64,000 nt of DNA from Ranitomeya imitator (taxonomy: Eukaryota), in NCBI RefSeq assembly GCF_032444005.1, contig NC_091285.1, positions 228,284,001 through 228,348,000 on the forward strand, written 5' to 3'. Below the pieces are notes generated by a model that worked only from the letters and a program-made list of their open reading frames with translations, had not been told where the DNA came from and ran no database searches. Positions 47,064-60,178 of this stretch are shown here, piece by piece. Position 1 is the stretch's first letter. Every line of letters begins with the position of its first letter. The position numbers were made by a program, and so were the translations under genes.

Positions 47064-49488
47064 TGGTCTCAAGGAACCATCTTTTTTGGCCACAAAGAAA
47101 AAACCTGCTCCCAAAGGGGACGAAGATGGACGGATATGTCCCTTTTCCAAGGACTCCTTAACATAATTCCGCATAGCAGTATGCTCTGGCACTGACAGAT
47201 TGAACAAACGACCTTTAGGGAATTTACTGCCAGGAATCAAATCTATAGCACAATCGCAATCCCTGTGAGGAGGAAGCGAACTGAGCTTAGGCTCCTCAAA
47301 AACCTCCCGATAATCAGACAGAAATACCGGAACCTCAGAAGGAGTAGATGAAGCGATAGAAATCGGAGATGCATCATCATGAACCCCCTGACATCCCCAG
47401 CTTAACACAGACATTGTTTTCCAGTCCAGGACTGGGTTATGAGTTTGTAACCATGGCAGACCAAGCACTAAGACATCATGTAAATTATACAGTACCAGGA
47501 AGCGAATCACCTCCTGATGAACGGGAGTCATACGCATGGTCACTTGTGTCCAGTACTGAGGTTTATTCATAGCCAAAGGTGTAGAGTCAATTCCTTTCAA
47601 AGGAATAGGAACTTCCAGAGGTTCCAGACTAAACCCACAGCGATTGGCAAATGACCAATCCATAAGACTCAGGGCAGCGCCTGAATCCACATAGGCATCG
47701 ACGGAAATGGATGATAATGAACAAATCAGCGTCACAGACAGAATGAACTTAGACTGTAAAGTACCAATGGCAACAGACTTATCAACCTTTTTTGTGCGTT
47801 TAGAGCATGCTGATATAACATGAGCTGAATCACCACAATAAAAACACAATCCATTTTTCCGCCTATAATTTTGCTGTTCACTTCTGGACTGAATTCTATC
47901 ACATTGCATTATCTCAGGTGCCTGTTCAGAAGACACTGCCAAATGGTGCACAGGTTTGCGCTCCCGTAAACGCCGATCAATCTGAATAGCCATAGTCATG
48001 GACTCATTCAGACCCGTAGGCGCCGGGAACCCCACCATAACATCTTTAATGGCCTCAGAAAGGCCATCTCTGAATTTTGCAGCCAGAGCGCACTCATTCC
48101 ACTGAGTAAGCACCGACCATTTCCGAAATTTCTGACAATATATTTCTGCTTCATCTTGCCCCTGAGAGAGAGCCAACAAAGCTTTTTCAGCCTGAATCTC
48201 TAGGTTAGGTTCCTCATAGAGCAAACCCAATGCCAGAAAAAACGCATCCACATTGAGCAACGCAGGATCCCCTGGTGCCAATGCAAATGGCCAATTCTGA
48301 GGGTCACCCCGCAGGAAAGATATAACAATCTTGACCTGCTGAGCAGGGTCTCCAGAGGAGCGAGATTTCAAGGAAAGAAACAACTTGCAATTGTTCCTAA
48401 AATTCAGAAAACTAGATCTATCTCCAGAAAAAAATTCTGGGATAGGAATTCTAGGTTCAGACATAGGCGTATGTACAACAAAATCTTGCATATTTTGAAC
48501 CTTAGCAGCAAGATTAATCAGGCTGGAAGCCAAACTCTGGACGTCCATGATAAACAGCTGAGGTCAGAGCCATTCAAGGATTAAGAGGAGGAAAAAAAAC
48601 AGCCAAGCTGCAATTAAGGCTAGGCAGCAAACACTGAGGAGGGGAAAAAAAAAAAAAAACTTCCTCAGACTACTTTTCCTCCTACTTCAGCCAAAACGAT
48701 GACCAACATTTTTTTTTTTTTTTTTTTAAGGCCGGCTATACTGTCATGATCCCAATGGCAGGGGATCACAAAAGGACAAGCACAAAAACAAAACAAGCTC
48801 TAGGGTGATGGAACCTGAGCTGACCGCGATCCTGAACCTAAACACACAACTAGCAGTAGCCGGGGAACGTGCCTACGATGATTCCTAGACGTCTCGCGCC
48901 AGCCGAAGGATTAACTTCCCCTATCAGAAGAAACACAGACCTCACTTGCCTCCAGAGAAACACCCCACAGAAATAGCAGCCCCCCACATGTAATAACGGT
49001 GAAATGAGAGGAAAGCACATACGTAGTTATGAAAATAGAATCAGCAAAAATGAGGCCCGCTAAAGCTAGATAGCAGAGGATACAAAAGTGAACTGCGCGG
49101 TCAGCGAAAAACCCTTCAAAAAACCATCCTGAAATTACTTGAACTCATGTGCCAACTCATGGAACATGAGGAGTAATTTCAGCCCACTAGAGCAACCAGC
49201 AGAAAGGAATCACATATCTGCAAGCTGGACTAAGACAAAAATTAAGCAAAACGTGGAACAGGAAAATCAAAAACTTAGCTTGTCCTGAAGATAACAGACA
49301 CAGGGAGCAGAGGTAAAAAGACACGCTGATTACATTGATAGCCGGCGAGGAAATGACAAAAAAGCCAGGTTAGATAGGAAACTCCCATAACCTGATGGAA
49401 CAGGTGGACACCAGAGACCGCAGAGAACACAAGTCACCCAGTACCATCAGTAACCACCAGAGGGAGCCCAAAAACAGAACTCACAACA
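47064..49488 (-). mobile_element. Truncated chromovirus-type Gypsy D (5' LTR 48742-49488, gag, PR, start of RT)
   Basis: 747-bp TG...CA LTR; ORF 47016-48548 is collinear with Gypsy B gag-pol up to KKDGSLRP, then runs into MITE sequence. Confidence 0.92.
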
Positions 49489-51237
49489 GTTCAGATAAAA
49501 AATCCATTTGGCCTCACGTTGCAACAACAGTTGGTCCCAGTTACCTCCCCGTACCGGTTTGAAAACTTTTTCAATTGCTGTAAATTTCAGATGACTGGTC
49601 TGGCCATTATGAGCGGCATTCACATGCCTAGAGACAGAGGTGTCTCTCCCATGTTCCACATCACCAATGTGTTCCAGAACTCTTCTTTTGAACTCCCTAA
49701 TGGTCTTTCACACGTATTCAATACCACAGGAACAAGAAATCTTATAGACTACCCCCTTAGTGCTACAGTTCATGAACTGGTGTATTTTATAGCTCTTTCC
49801 TGTGACATTACTCACAAAATGGGTACCTGTGCCGATATACTGGCAGGCTACACAATGACCACATTAATAACAGCCCGTTACACTGCTTTTTAGCCAACTC
49901 TCATTGCTAGGGCTAACAAAATGGCTGTGAACCAGTCTATCGTTAAGCGAGCGGGCCTTTCTGTAGGTGATAGCGGGTGTATCACTAAGATAATTGGAGA
50001 TATCAGAGTCCATTTGTAAAATGGACCAATGTTTTTTGATAATCTCCCTTACCTGTATAGCCCCGTTATCATAAGTAGTGATAAAACGTACTGCATCATT
50101 ATCCTGCGTCTTATTTATGGGATTCAAAAGTGTCGTTCTGTCTCTACTCCTCGCTTCATGGTAAGCCTTTTTCAAGATGGTGGGTGGATACCCTCTGTCT
50201 AGAAAGTTGTTCCTCAATTCCCTTGCATGGGTCTCAAAATTTGTGTCATCCGAGCAATTTCTCCGGACCCTAAGGTATTGACCCTTAGGGATCCCTCTTT
50301 TGAGATGGACTGGATGATGGCTGTTCCAATGGAGGAGCGCATTTGTGGCCGTAGGTTTCTTGTAATTGGACGTCTCCAAATTGCCATTGGCCCCCTTGGT
50401 GATCAGGATGTCCAAAAATGGTAGAGAAGAGGGCTCAATTACCGACGTGAAGAACAATCCAACGTCATTATGATTGAGTTTGTTTACAAAAGCCTCAAAA
50501 TCATTAGTGGAAACCGTCCAAATCAAAAAGACATCATCTATGTATCGTGTCCAAATTTCAGGGACACGATACATAGAGAAAGGACTCCCAGGCTCCTCAC
50601 TCCAAACCACAGTCTCCTCCCACCAGCCGAGGAAGAGATTGGCGTAGGTAGGGGCACAAGGGCTCCCCATTGCCGTCCCCCTCAGCTGGTGGTAGATCCT
50701 GCGGTTGAACGTGAAAACATTGTGTGTTAAACAAAACCTCAGGAGTCTTAAAATAAAGTGGTTGTGTTCCCGAAATTGGCAACCTCTTGTTTGCAGACAG
50801 AAATTTACAGCCTCTAAACCCTTTTCATGAGGGATAGAAGAGTAGAGGGCCTCCACATCAATACTTGCCAAGAAGGCATCTGGCTCGATGGTAAGGCCCT
50901 CTAAACAACGGAGGAGATCTGGAGTATCCTTGACAAAGGATTGCAATGCAGACACAAAAGGACACAACACGTGGTCCAAATAAATGCCCGCGTTTTGACA
51001 CAAACTGCCTACCCCAGACACAATTGGCCTGCCTTTCAAGGGATTAAGGCCCTTGTGTACCTTGGGGAGGCAGTAGAAAGTAGCCATGACGGGATGGTCC
51101 GGTAGAATAAAGTAAAACTCGGTCTTACTTATGACACCACTCTCCAAGCCATCCTGTAAGATAAGACGAAGTTCTTCTCTAAATGTGCTACCAGGATCAT
51201 TTTGAAGGATCTCATAAGAGCTTCTGTCCAGAAGAAT
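49489..51237 (-). pseudogene. PLE RT + GIY-YIG ORF, 5'-truncated, interrupted by LTR D
   Basis: FYCLPKVHK..GRPIVSG, RGTAMGSPCAPTYANLF, RYIDD. After a stop at 49864: CSTKGVVY..C.CG.EYV..T.R, ending REAKWIFYLN at the LTR. Confidence 0.93.
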
Positions 51238-51380
51238 GTTGCCATTAAGCCCTCAGATAAGGGTGGCAATATAGTCATCCTAGATACAACTCATTATCAG
51301 CAGATGTGTGAAAATATTCTTCTGGACAGAAGCTCTTATGAGTTCCTTCAAAATGATCCTGGTAGCACATTTAGAGAAGA

Positions 51381-52420
51381 ACTTCCGGCGCTTGAACACG
51401 CAAGGAAGAATGGCCTTAGTCAGCGGCCAATTCCTGCGCTTAGCGTCTTGTGGGTTGCCCGGTAACCTTAACATCTGGGGCGCCCGCTGCATTCCGGCTG
51501 ATAGGGGCTGCGGCTGGCGTCTCCGTTGCCCGGCAACACCTACTTCCGGCGCTCGGATACGCTAGGTAGAATGGCCTGAATCATCGACTAATTCCTGCGC
51601 CTAGCGTCCTGTGGGCTGCCCGGTAACTATAACATCCGGGGCGTTCCTTGCCACAGGATACACTGGCGGTGCCACATTGTGTATGATGGCGTTTTACTTC
51701 TGAATTTACAGCGCGGTATCAGGCTTGCAGCATAGCAGGGGCCCTAATGTATACAATATAGGGGTGCACTGTTAGGTACTCTTGCCGCATTTTAATTACA
51801 CTATGGTGGTTTGCAATGTACGCTTTAGGCACAATATATGACAACATATAGTGGGTTCCCCCATTCGGTTTACCCAGTCGTCATGGTTACCTTTAGCTGC
51901 CATATGATTCCCTATGGGAAGTGGTCATATTAACACATGGTATCCGCCTCCCCTTTTTGCTATATAAGCATTAGCCCATTGCCGTGTTCACTCTCTGCAA
52001 GACAGCATTGAGGGTGGCAGGACTTAGTGTTCCTCCTTTTTAGCACTCTATCTCCATGCACAAGAAAGTCCCCTGAAGATTCTGCTTGGATGAAACGCGT
52101 CGGGACAGACTATACAGGGAGAGTGCAGGGCATGTTTGGACAGGGGTAGCTGTGGACTGCCCTTGTAAGGGCAGGAGCTTTGGGGATAGTCTATCGATAG
52201 CCCCATAGGGACTGACATAGGGACTGTCGTCTCCATTACTTTTCCGGACTTTCTTCTGACCAGAAAATTATTCGGTGCTCCTGGGCCCTCATCTTGGAAC
52301 CAGTGAGATTGTTCCTTTTTATATTACTTATAGCCATCAGTGGCACTGTCTATATGCGACTATTGATGGTTTTTATTGCTTGTTCATGTAACTAGCCTGA
52401 CGTTGTGTGCTGTTTGACGT
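51381..52420 (+). mobile_element. Inverted PLE terminal repeat (pLTR) region, with a ~100-bp diverged duplication (51381, 51542)
   Basis: Plus-strand hammerhead at 52068, TATATAA near 51960, ACTTCCGG motifs; opposite to the RT ORF. Right boundary approximate. Confidence 0.6.
52068..52106 (+). ncRNA. Minimal hammerhead ribozyme, weakened stem II
   Basis: GTCCC-CTGAAGA-TTCT(GCTT)GGAT-GAAA-C-GCG-TC-GGGAC; core intact, U-U mismatch closing stem II. Confidence 0.8.
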
Positions 52421-53658
52421 TATTTTACTCCAGCTCCATATGTCAATTTCTAGTTCTTATGATATCTCCAATATGCTGTAGAGGATATCATTCTGTCCTA
52501 TCTGGGGATAATCAGTCTCTGTGGTCACCATACCAATTGCCTGAGACTCTGCCCCAGTATTTTTATTCACTTGGGTGTTTGGTTTAAGTTTTCTTGTGTG
52601 TGACTTTTGCCATAAAGGCCTAACAATAATTCACCTAAATATCACTATATACATTTTCTGTCAAGTTGCATATTGTTTTATGCCCTACTCCTTCACTTCC
52701 TGTGCTGTGGCACCAGCTCTGCAGTCACAGCCATCACTTCCTCTTCAGAATCCTAAGACAGAAAATAATCATATACCCTGCTGTAAGTAAATACTGTAAG
52801 TGAAAGCAATAGTGCTTAGAAGTTCTTAGAAAACACAGTTTTTGACTTAAATAAAGTGTAAAAACCATCCCACCAGCATCAAGGTGTACCCAAATTCGGG
52901 ATGGTCCTAACCTCTAATATTAAAACCTTACCATGCGTCATCGTGATGTGTGTGTGAATAAGGCATGAGCAGGATGGGCGTGGCCTTCCTTCCTTTGAGC
53001 TGGACACTACATTTAAATAGCTTCCCATTTGCTGTGTGTTCATGTTCGGAACTCGGTCCTGCGAAGCCCTTATTCACGCAAACATCAGGGTGAAGCATGG
53101 TCAGGTATTAATACAAAGGGAAACACTTCCTGCATTAGGGTTGGTAGTCACAGACAGTGTTAGTACAAGGTTCAAATTCACGTACAAGCTACAATGGGCC
53201 CTAAGAGTACCAAGCTTTCAAACAGCACCAAGGCGCACTGAGAGTCTAGAGTAGATCACTGGACAGTCCAGGGCCTATGGCCCGGAAGAGGCATTGGAGT
53301 CCATGTCTCATTCTCTCCTAAGAAAAAGAGGCTGATTGCGGAAGCGCAAGAAGAAACAGTGGCAGACCTCAAGAAATTTGGGTTGCTGGATGGGGAATCC
53401 CTAGTGCCAACAGGAGGCTATTGAGGTGGGGACAGTTTGGGCAGACCAGAGGTAGGACCTTGATGTGTACTGTTTTATGGGGACATTAACTAGAGGGAGC
53501 TCTGCACCATACTGCATTTGTATTTTAACTGTATAGTAAAACCGAACCTGTTCAACCGGACCCAAGGTCTCTTCGTCAGTGTGCTACTAATCTTGGTAAT
53601 TGCAGAGCGTGTGCAACAGCACAGCACTAGTGATGAGCGAGTATACTCATTAACATCG

Positions 53659-53860
53659 TTAAATTGCCGGGGGTGGTCCGTTACCACTCCTGGCACATAG
53701 TGCCGGATGTCAGCTGCGATAGGCAGCTGACACCCGGCCGCGATCAGCCGCACTCCCCCCGTGCGCGCGGCCGATCGCTATGACGTACTATCCCGTCGAG
53801 GGTCAGATAGGCCCAGGTCACCTCGACGGGATAGTACATCAAAGGTCAGAAAGGGGTTAA
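53659..53860 (-). mobile_element. Terminal fragment of the TTAA element family seen at 60336
   Basis: Reverse complement matches ~60332-60540; ends AAAGGGG-TTAA (53860) and stops at an internal TTAA (53659-53662). Confidence 0.8.
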
Positions 53861-53879
53861 TTATGTAGCAAGGTTTGGG

Positions 53880-54245
53880 GTAGCCCCCTCACAGAATATA
53901 ATGTAGCCCCCTCATAAAATATAATGCAGTCCCCTCTCATAGAATATAATGCAGCATCCCACAAAATATAATGCAATCCCCTCAGTTATAATGCTGTCCC
54001 CACCATAGAATATAATGTAGCACCCTCAGAGGGTATAATACAGCCCCCCCTCATATAGTATAATGCAGCCCACCACAAAATATAATGTAGTCCCCTGAGA
54101 GAATGCAGCCCCACCTCAGAATATAATGCAGCCCCCTCATATAGTATGATGTAGCCCCCATAATATAATGTAGTCCCCTGAGAATAATGCAGTCCCCCCA
54201 CAGAATATAATGTAGCCCCCTCATAAAGTATAATGCAGCCCCTCT
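53880..54245. repeat. ~22-24-bp degenerate minisatellite (ATATAATGCAGCCCCCTCATAG-like)
   Basis: Direct reading. Confidence 0.85.
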
Positions 54246-55030
54246 CAACCCCCATCATTGTTCTCATCACCACCTCCATCATTGCCTTCTCCCCCTCCAC
54301 CCCTATCATTCTCCCCCACCACCTCCATCACTGCCCATTCCATCACCTGCATCATTGCCTCCTCCTCCACTGTCATTGACCATTTCATCACCGCCATCAT
54401 CATCTCCATCATTGCCTCCCCACCACCATCTTTGCCCATCACCTCCATCATTGCCTCCTCCACCACCATCATTGCCCATTTCATCACCTCCATCATTGCC
54501 TCCCACCACCACTATTGCCCATCATCTCCATCATTGCCTCCCCCCACCACCATCATTGCCCATCACCTCCATCATTGCCTACCCACCATCATTGCCTATC
54601 ACCTCCATCATTGCCTCCCCCACCATCATTGCCTATCACCTCCTTCATTGCCTCCCCCACCATCATTGCCCATCACCTCCATCATTTCCTTTCTGCCCCT
54701 TCATTGCCCATCACCTCCATCATTGTCTTTCCACCATCATTGCTCATCACCTCCATCATTGTCTCCCCCCACCTCCATCATTGCCCATCACCTCCATCAT
54801 TGTCTCCCCCCACCACCTCCATCATTGTCTCCCCCCACCAATATCATTGTCCTTCACCACCACACACACATCTCACCGCAGCAGCAGCTCATCACACACA
54901 CACGCAGGCACACACACTCACACACACACACCTCACCACAGCAGCAGCTCATCACACACACATGTAGGCACACACACGCAGGCACACACACACGCAGGCA
55001 CACACACATGCAGGCACACACACATGCAGG
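54246..55030. repeat. Low-complexity CCATCATTG/CACCTC repeats followed by (CAGGCACACACA)n
   Basis: Direct reading; source of spurious His/Pro-rich ORFs. Confidence 0.9.
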
Positions 55031-55845
55031 CACCCTCCTACGCAAATCTGTTTTTAGGGTGGTGGGAGGAGTCGCTGGTCTATAAGCATAAGGCTTTTGG
55101 GAGCGGTGCCAGAAATGGTTTCGCTACATTGATGACATTGTGATGTTTTGGACAGGCACAAAGGAGGATTGCAATCAATTTATTGCGGATCTGAACACTA
55201 ATCCTTTCAACATTACTCACTTCAAATATGTCATGGATTTCAGTGGAATTCTTGGATCTCAAGTTGAGTCTGGAAGGTTCGTATATTGTCACCACCCTCT
55301 ATCGGAAACCGACAGCCACTAATAGCCTATTACACTATTCATGCTTCCATCCTAGGCATTTGAAAAATGGTATTCCAACAGGCCAATTTTTGCGGCTCAA
55401 AAGAATTGTAGTCTGACGTCAGATTTCCAATCTGAAGCAAAAAAGTTGACGGACCGCTTCAGACATCGTGGATACCCAAAGGGAATTATCTCCTCCGCGT
55501 ACCAGAGGGCCAAGACTAGTGCACGCTCGGAGTTACTTCATAGACAGACACGTGAGTTATCTAGACCTTTGGGCATTGTTACTACTTTTAACAATCAGTG
55601 GCGGGACGTGTATAGGATCTTGGATCGGAGTTGGGGAATCTTACTGAGCGAACCCAAACTGGCATCCCATATTTCGACTACGCCCAAATTGATAGCTAGA
55701 CTGGCAAAAAATTTGAAAGATTTATTATGCCATAGCCACTATGTACGCTGAACAACCAACCTAAACAGGAGAACTAGGGTCTTTGGTACTTATCCTTGTG
55801 GCAATTGTAATATTTGTCAACATACAATTGCACAAGATGACTTCT
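55028..55845 (+). pseudogene. PLE RT C-terminal fragment, frameshifted
   Basis: APSYANLFLGWWE, YIDDI, FLDL, TTLYRKPTATNSLL..S.HP..GIPTGQFLR, RGYP, CGNCNIC. Confidence 0.88.
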
Positions 55846-56346
55846 CATGGACTGAAAGAGGAACTGCTTTTTACCGGTTTTTATAAACAGCTATAGCAGG
55901 ATTTGTTTATAAGGAAATTAAACATTTTCCAGCATTCGTTACATAATCCCCCACCCAACTTCCCCCCCCCTCCCTTTTTTCCCCTTTCCCCCTCCCCCTT
56001 TTCCCTGCCTTTCTAGGTCCATTTATATGGAGCCCAGGTGCCTTCTGGGAAGAGCGAAGAGTCTCCCTAAGCTAGAAGATCGTTGGGTACAGCCGGGACC
56101 AGCTGCTTGGAAAGCATCACCAAACCAGGGATTCAAGCTTGAGGAGGCTAATTTGCATATCCCAGGTGCCTTCTGGGAAGAGCGAAGAGTCTCCCTAAGC
56201 TAGAAGATCGTTGGGTACAGCCGGGAACAGCTGCTTGGAAAGCATCACCAAATTTTTGCCTGGAGGACATTATTGCAAGAGAGCTTGGCTGAGTAGATTA
56301 CACAAGAAGGAAAACACACAGCAAGTCAGCAGGATCTAGGAGCAAC

Positions 56347-57300
56347 ATGGCAGATGTGACAACCTACATGGTGAGCTGCAGCATGTGCTACATGTTCACA
56401 GATCGACCAGAAGAAGAATCAAATTTCACCTGTCAGAAGTGTAGACTAGTGGCCCTTTTAGAAGAAAAGGTGCGGGGTCTGGAAGAAAGAATAGCAACTT
56501 TGAAACTCATCAAAGAGAATGAAGACTTTCTAGACAGAACAGAAGCATCTCTACTGGTCACAGAAGGTGAAAAAAGTGTCAGAGAACCTCCAAAAGCAGA
56601 TGAGTGGAAGCATGTGACCAAAAGAAGCAAGAAGACCATGGAGAAATCACCAACCACACAACTGAAGAACCGATATCAAATCTTTGTAGAGGATGAAGAT
56701 GGCACACCTAAGGATGAAGCAATACCAGCAAGCAAAAAAGAAAAGGGCACACAGCAACAAGTGACAGCAAAAAGTACAGCCAAGAAGCAACGAAGAGTGG
56801 TGGTGGTGGGAGACTCACTACTGAGAGGCACAGAAGCAGCCATCTGCAGACCGGACATAACCGTAAGAGAAGTATGCTGCCTTCCAGGTGCGATGATCAA
56901 GGATGTGACCGATAGGATACCAAAGCTCTTGAGCTCCAAGGACGTCCACCCATTTCTTCTGATACATGTTGGCACCAATGACACGGCAAGGAAGGACCTA
57001 CCGACAATCTGCAAAGACTTTGAAGAGTTGGGGAAGAAAGTAAAGGAACTGGATGCACAGGTAGTTTTTTCTTATATCCTTCCAGTAGACGGGCATGGCA
57101 CCAGGAGATGGAACAGGATCCTTGATGCAAACAACTGGCTAAGACGATGGTGCAGACAACAAGGATTCGGATTCCTGGACCACGGTGTGAATTACTTGTA
57201 CGATAGACTCCTCGCCAGAGACGGACTACACCTCAACAAACCTGGGAAACACACATTCGCCATAAGACTCGCTACACTCATCAGGAGGGCGTTAAACTAG
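56347..57300 (+). CDS. CR1 ORF1p (Zn finger, coiled coil, SGNH/GDSL esterase), open
   Basis: CSMC..CQKC; heptad leucines; VVGDSLLRG, VGTND, DGLH. Confidence 0.92.
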   Translation: MADVTTYMVSCSMCYMFTDRPEEESNFTCQKCRLVALLEEKVRGLEERIATLKLIKENEDFLDRTEASLLVTEGEKSVREPPKADEWKHVTKRSKKTMEKSPTTQLKNRYQIFVEDEDGTPKDEAIPASKKEKGTQQQVTAKSTAKKQRRVVVVGDSLLRGTEAAICRPDITVREVCCLPGAMIKDVTDRIPKLLSSKDVHPFLLIHVGTNDTARKDLPTICKDFEELGKKVKELDAQVVFSYILPVDGHGTRRWNRILDANNWLRRWCRQQGFGFLDHGVNYLYDRLLARDGLHLNKPGKHTFAIRLATLIRRALN

Positions 57301-57457
57301 ATGAAGAGGGGACGGGAAGAAAAACATTAGACTTGAACAAAGAAGACCCAGGAAAACATACTCAGAAGGGAGGTAAGAACATTTCTAAAACAATCCACAG
57401 CGAGGAGATTGGAACAAAACAAAATCCTCTAAACTGCATGCTCGCCTGACAAACAAG

Positions 57458-60178
57458 ATGGAAGAACTAGAAGCAGAAATATCTACAGGTAACTTTGACA
57501 TAGTGGGAATAACCGAGACATGGTTAGATGAAAGCTATGACTGGGCAGTTAACTTACAGGGTTACAGTCTGTTTAGAAAGGATCGTAAAAATCGGAGAGG
57601 AGGAGGGGTTTGTCTCTATGTAAAGTCTTGTCTAAAGTCCACTTTAAGGGAGGATATTAGCGAAGGAAATGAGGATGTCGAGTCCATATGGGTCGAAATT
57701 CATGGAGGGAAAAATGGTAACAAAATTCTCATTGGGGTCTGTTACAAACCCCCAAATATAACAGAAACCATGGAAAGTCTACTTCTAAAGCAAATAGATG
57801 AAGCTGCAACCCATAATGAGGTCCTGGTTATAGGGGACTTTAACTACCCGGATATTAACTGGGAAACAGAAACCTGTGAAACCCATAAAGGCAACAGGTT
57901 TCTGCTAATAACCAAGAAAAATTATCTTTCACAATTGGTGCAGAATCCAACCAGAGGAGCAGCACTTTTAGACCTAATACTATCTAATAGACCTGACAGA
58001 ATAACAAATCTGCAGGTGGTTGGGCATCTAGGAAATAGCGACCACAATATTGTACAGTTTCACCTGTCTTTCACTAGGGGGACTTGTCAGGGAGTCATAA
58101 AAACACTGAACTTTAGGAAGGCAAAGTTTGACCAGCTTAGAGATGCCCTTAATCTGGTAGACTGGGACAATATCCTCAGAAATAAGAATACAGATAATAA
58201 ATGGGAAATGTTTAAGAACATCCTAAATAGGCAGTGTAAGCGGTTTATACCTTGTGGGAATAAAAGGACTAGAAATAGGAAAAACCCAATGTGGCTAAAC
58301 AAAGAAGTAAGACAGGCAATTAACAGTAAAAAGAAAGCATTTGCACTACTAAAGCAGGATGGCACCATTGAAGCTCTAAAAAACTATAGGGAGAAAAATA
58401 CTTTCTCTAAAAAACTAATTAAAGCTGCCAAAAAGGAAACAGAGAAGCACATTGCTAAGGAGAGTAAAACTAATCCCAAACTGTTCTTCAACTATATCAA
58501 TAGTAAAAGAATAAAAACTGAAAATGTAGGCCCCTTAAAAAAATAGTGAGGAAAGAATGGTTGTAGATGACGAGGAAAAAGCTAACATATTAAACACCTT
58601 CTTCTCCACGGTATTCACGGTGGAAAATGAAATGCTAGGTGAAATCCCAAGAAACAATGAAAACCCTACATTAAGGGTCACCAATCTAACCCAAGAAGAG
58701 GTGCGAAACCGGCTAAATAAGATTAAAATGGATAAATCTCCGGAAAAGTCCGGATGGCATACACCCACGAGTACTAAGAGAACTAAGTAATGTAATAGAT
58801 AAACCATTGTTTCTTATTTTTAGGGACTCTATAGCGACAGGATCTGTTCCGCAGGACTGGCGCATAGCAAATGTGGTGCCAATATTCAAAAAGGCCAGTA
58901 AGTCTAACCTCTATTGTTGGTAAAATATTTGAAGGGTTTCTGAGGGATGTTATTCTGGATTATCTCAATGAGAATAACTGTTTAACTCCATATCAGCATG
59001 GGTTTATGAGAAATCGCTCCTGTCAAACCAATCTAATCAGTTTTTATGAAGAGGAAAGCTATAGGCTGGACCATGGTGAGTCATTGGACGTGGTATATCT
59101 CGATTTTTCCAAAGCGTTTGATACCATGCCGCACAAGAGGTTGGTACACAAAATGAGAATGCTTGGTCTGGGGGAAAATGTGTGTAAATGGGTTAGTAAC
59201 TGGCTTAGTGATAGAAAGCAGAGGGTGGTTATAAATGGTATAGTCTCTAACTGGGTCGCTGTGACCAATGGGGTACCGCAGGGGTCAGTATTGGGACCTG
59301 TTCTCTTCAACATATTCATTAATGATCTGGTAGAAGGTTTACACAGTAAAATATCCATATTTGCAGATGATACAAAACTATGTAAAGCAGTTAATACAAG
59401 AGAAGATAGTATACTGCTACAGATGGATCTGGATAAGTTGGAAACTTGGGCTGAAAAGTGGCAGATGAGGTTTAACAATGATAAATGTAAGGTTATACAC
59501 ATGGGAAGAAGGAATCAATATCACCATTACACACTGAATGGGAAACCACTGGGTAAATCTGACAGGGAGAAGGACTTGGGGATCCTAGTTAATGATAAAC
59601 TTACCTGGAGCAGCCAGTGCCAGGCAGCAGCTGCCAAGGCAAACAGGATCATGGGGTGCATTAAAAGAGGTCTGGATACACATGATGAGAGCATTATACT
59701 GCCTCTGTACAAATCCCTAGTTAGACCGCACATGGAGTACTGTGTCCAGTTTTGGGCACCGATGCTCAGGAAGGATATAATGGAACTAGAGAGAGTACAA
59801 AGGAGGGCAACAAAATTAATAAAGGGGATGGGAGAACTACAATACCCAGATAGATTAGCGAAATTAGGATTATTTAGTCTAGAAAAAAGACGACTGAGGG
59901 GCGATCTAATAACCATGTATAAGTATATAAGGGGACAATACAAATATCTCGCTGAGGATCTGTTTATACCAAGGAAGGTGACGGGCACAAGTGGGCATTC
60001 TTTGCGTCTGGAGGAGAGAAGGTTTTTCCACCAACATAGAAGAGGATTCTTTACTGTTAGGGCAGTGAGAATCTGGAATTGCTTGCCTGAGGAGGTGGTG
60101 ATGGCGAACTCAGTCGAGGGGTTCAAGAGAGGCCTGGATGTCTTCCTGGAGCAGAACAATATTGTATCATACAATTAG
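57458..60178 (+). pseudogene. CR1 ORF2 (APE endonuclease + RT), frameshifted
   Basis: ITETW, GGGV, GDFNYP, LDLIL, SDH; QHGF, YLDFSKAFD, GVPQGSVLGP, FADD. Breaks near 58540, 58745 and 58890, where the conserved NYR linker is missing. Confidence 0.95.

Noticed and set aside
54245-55143. His/Pro-rich ORFs (275 aa, 262 aa)
   Set aside because: Low-complexity repeats; only the last codons are real PLE RT sequence.
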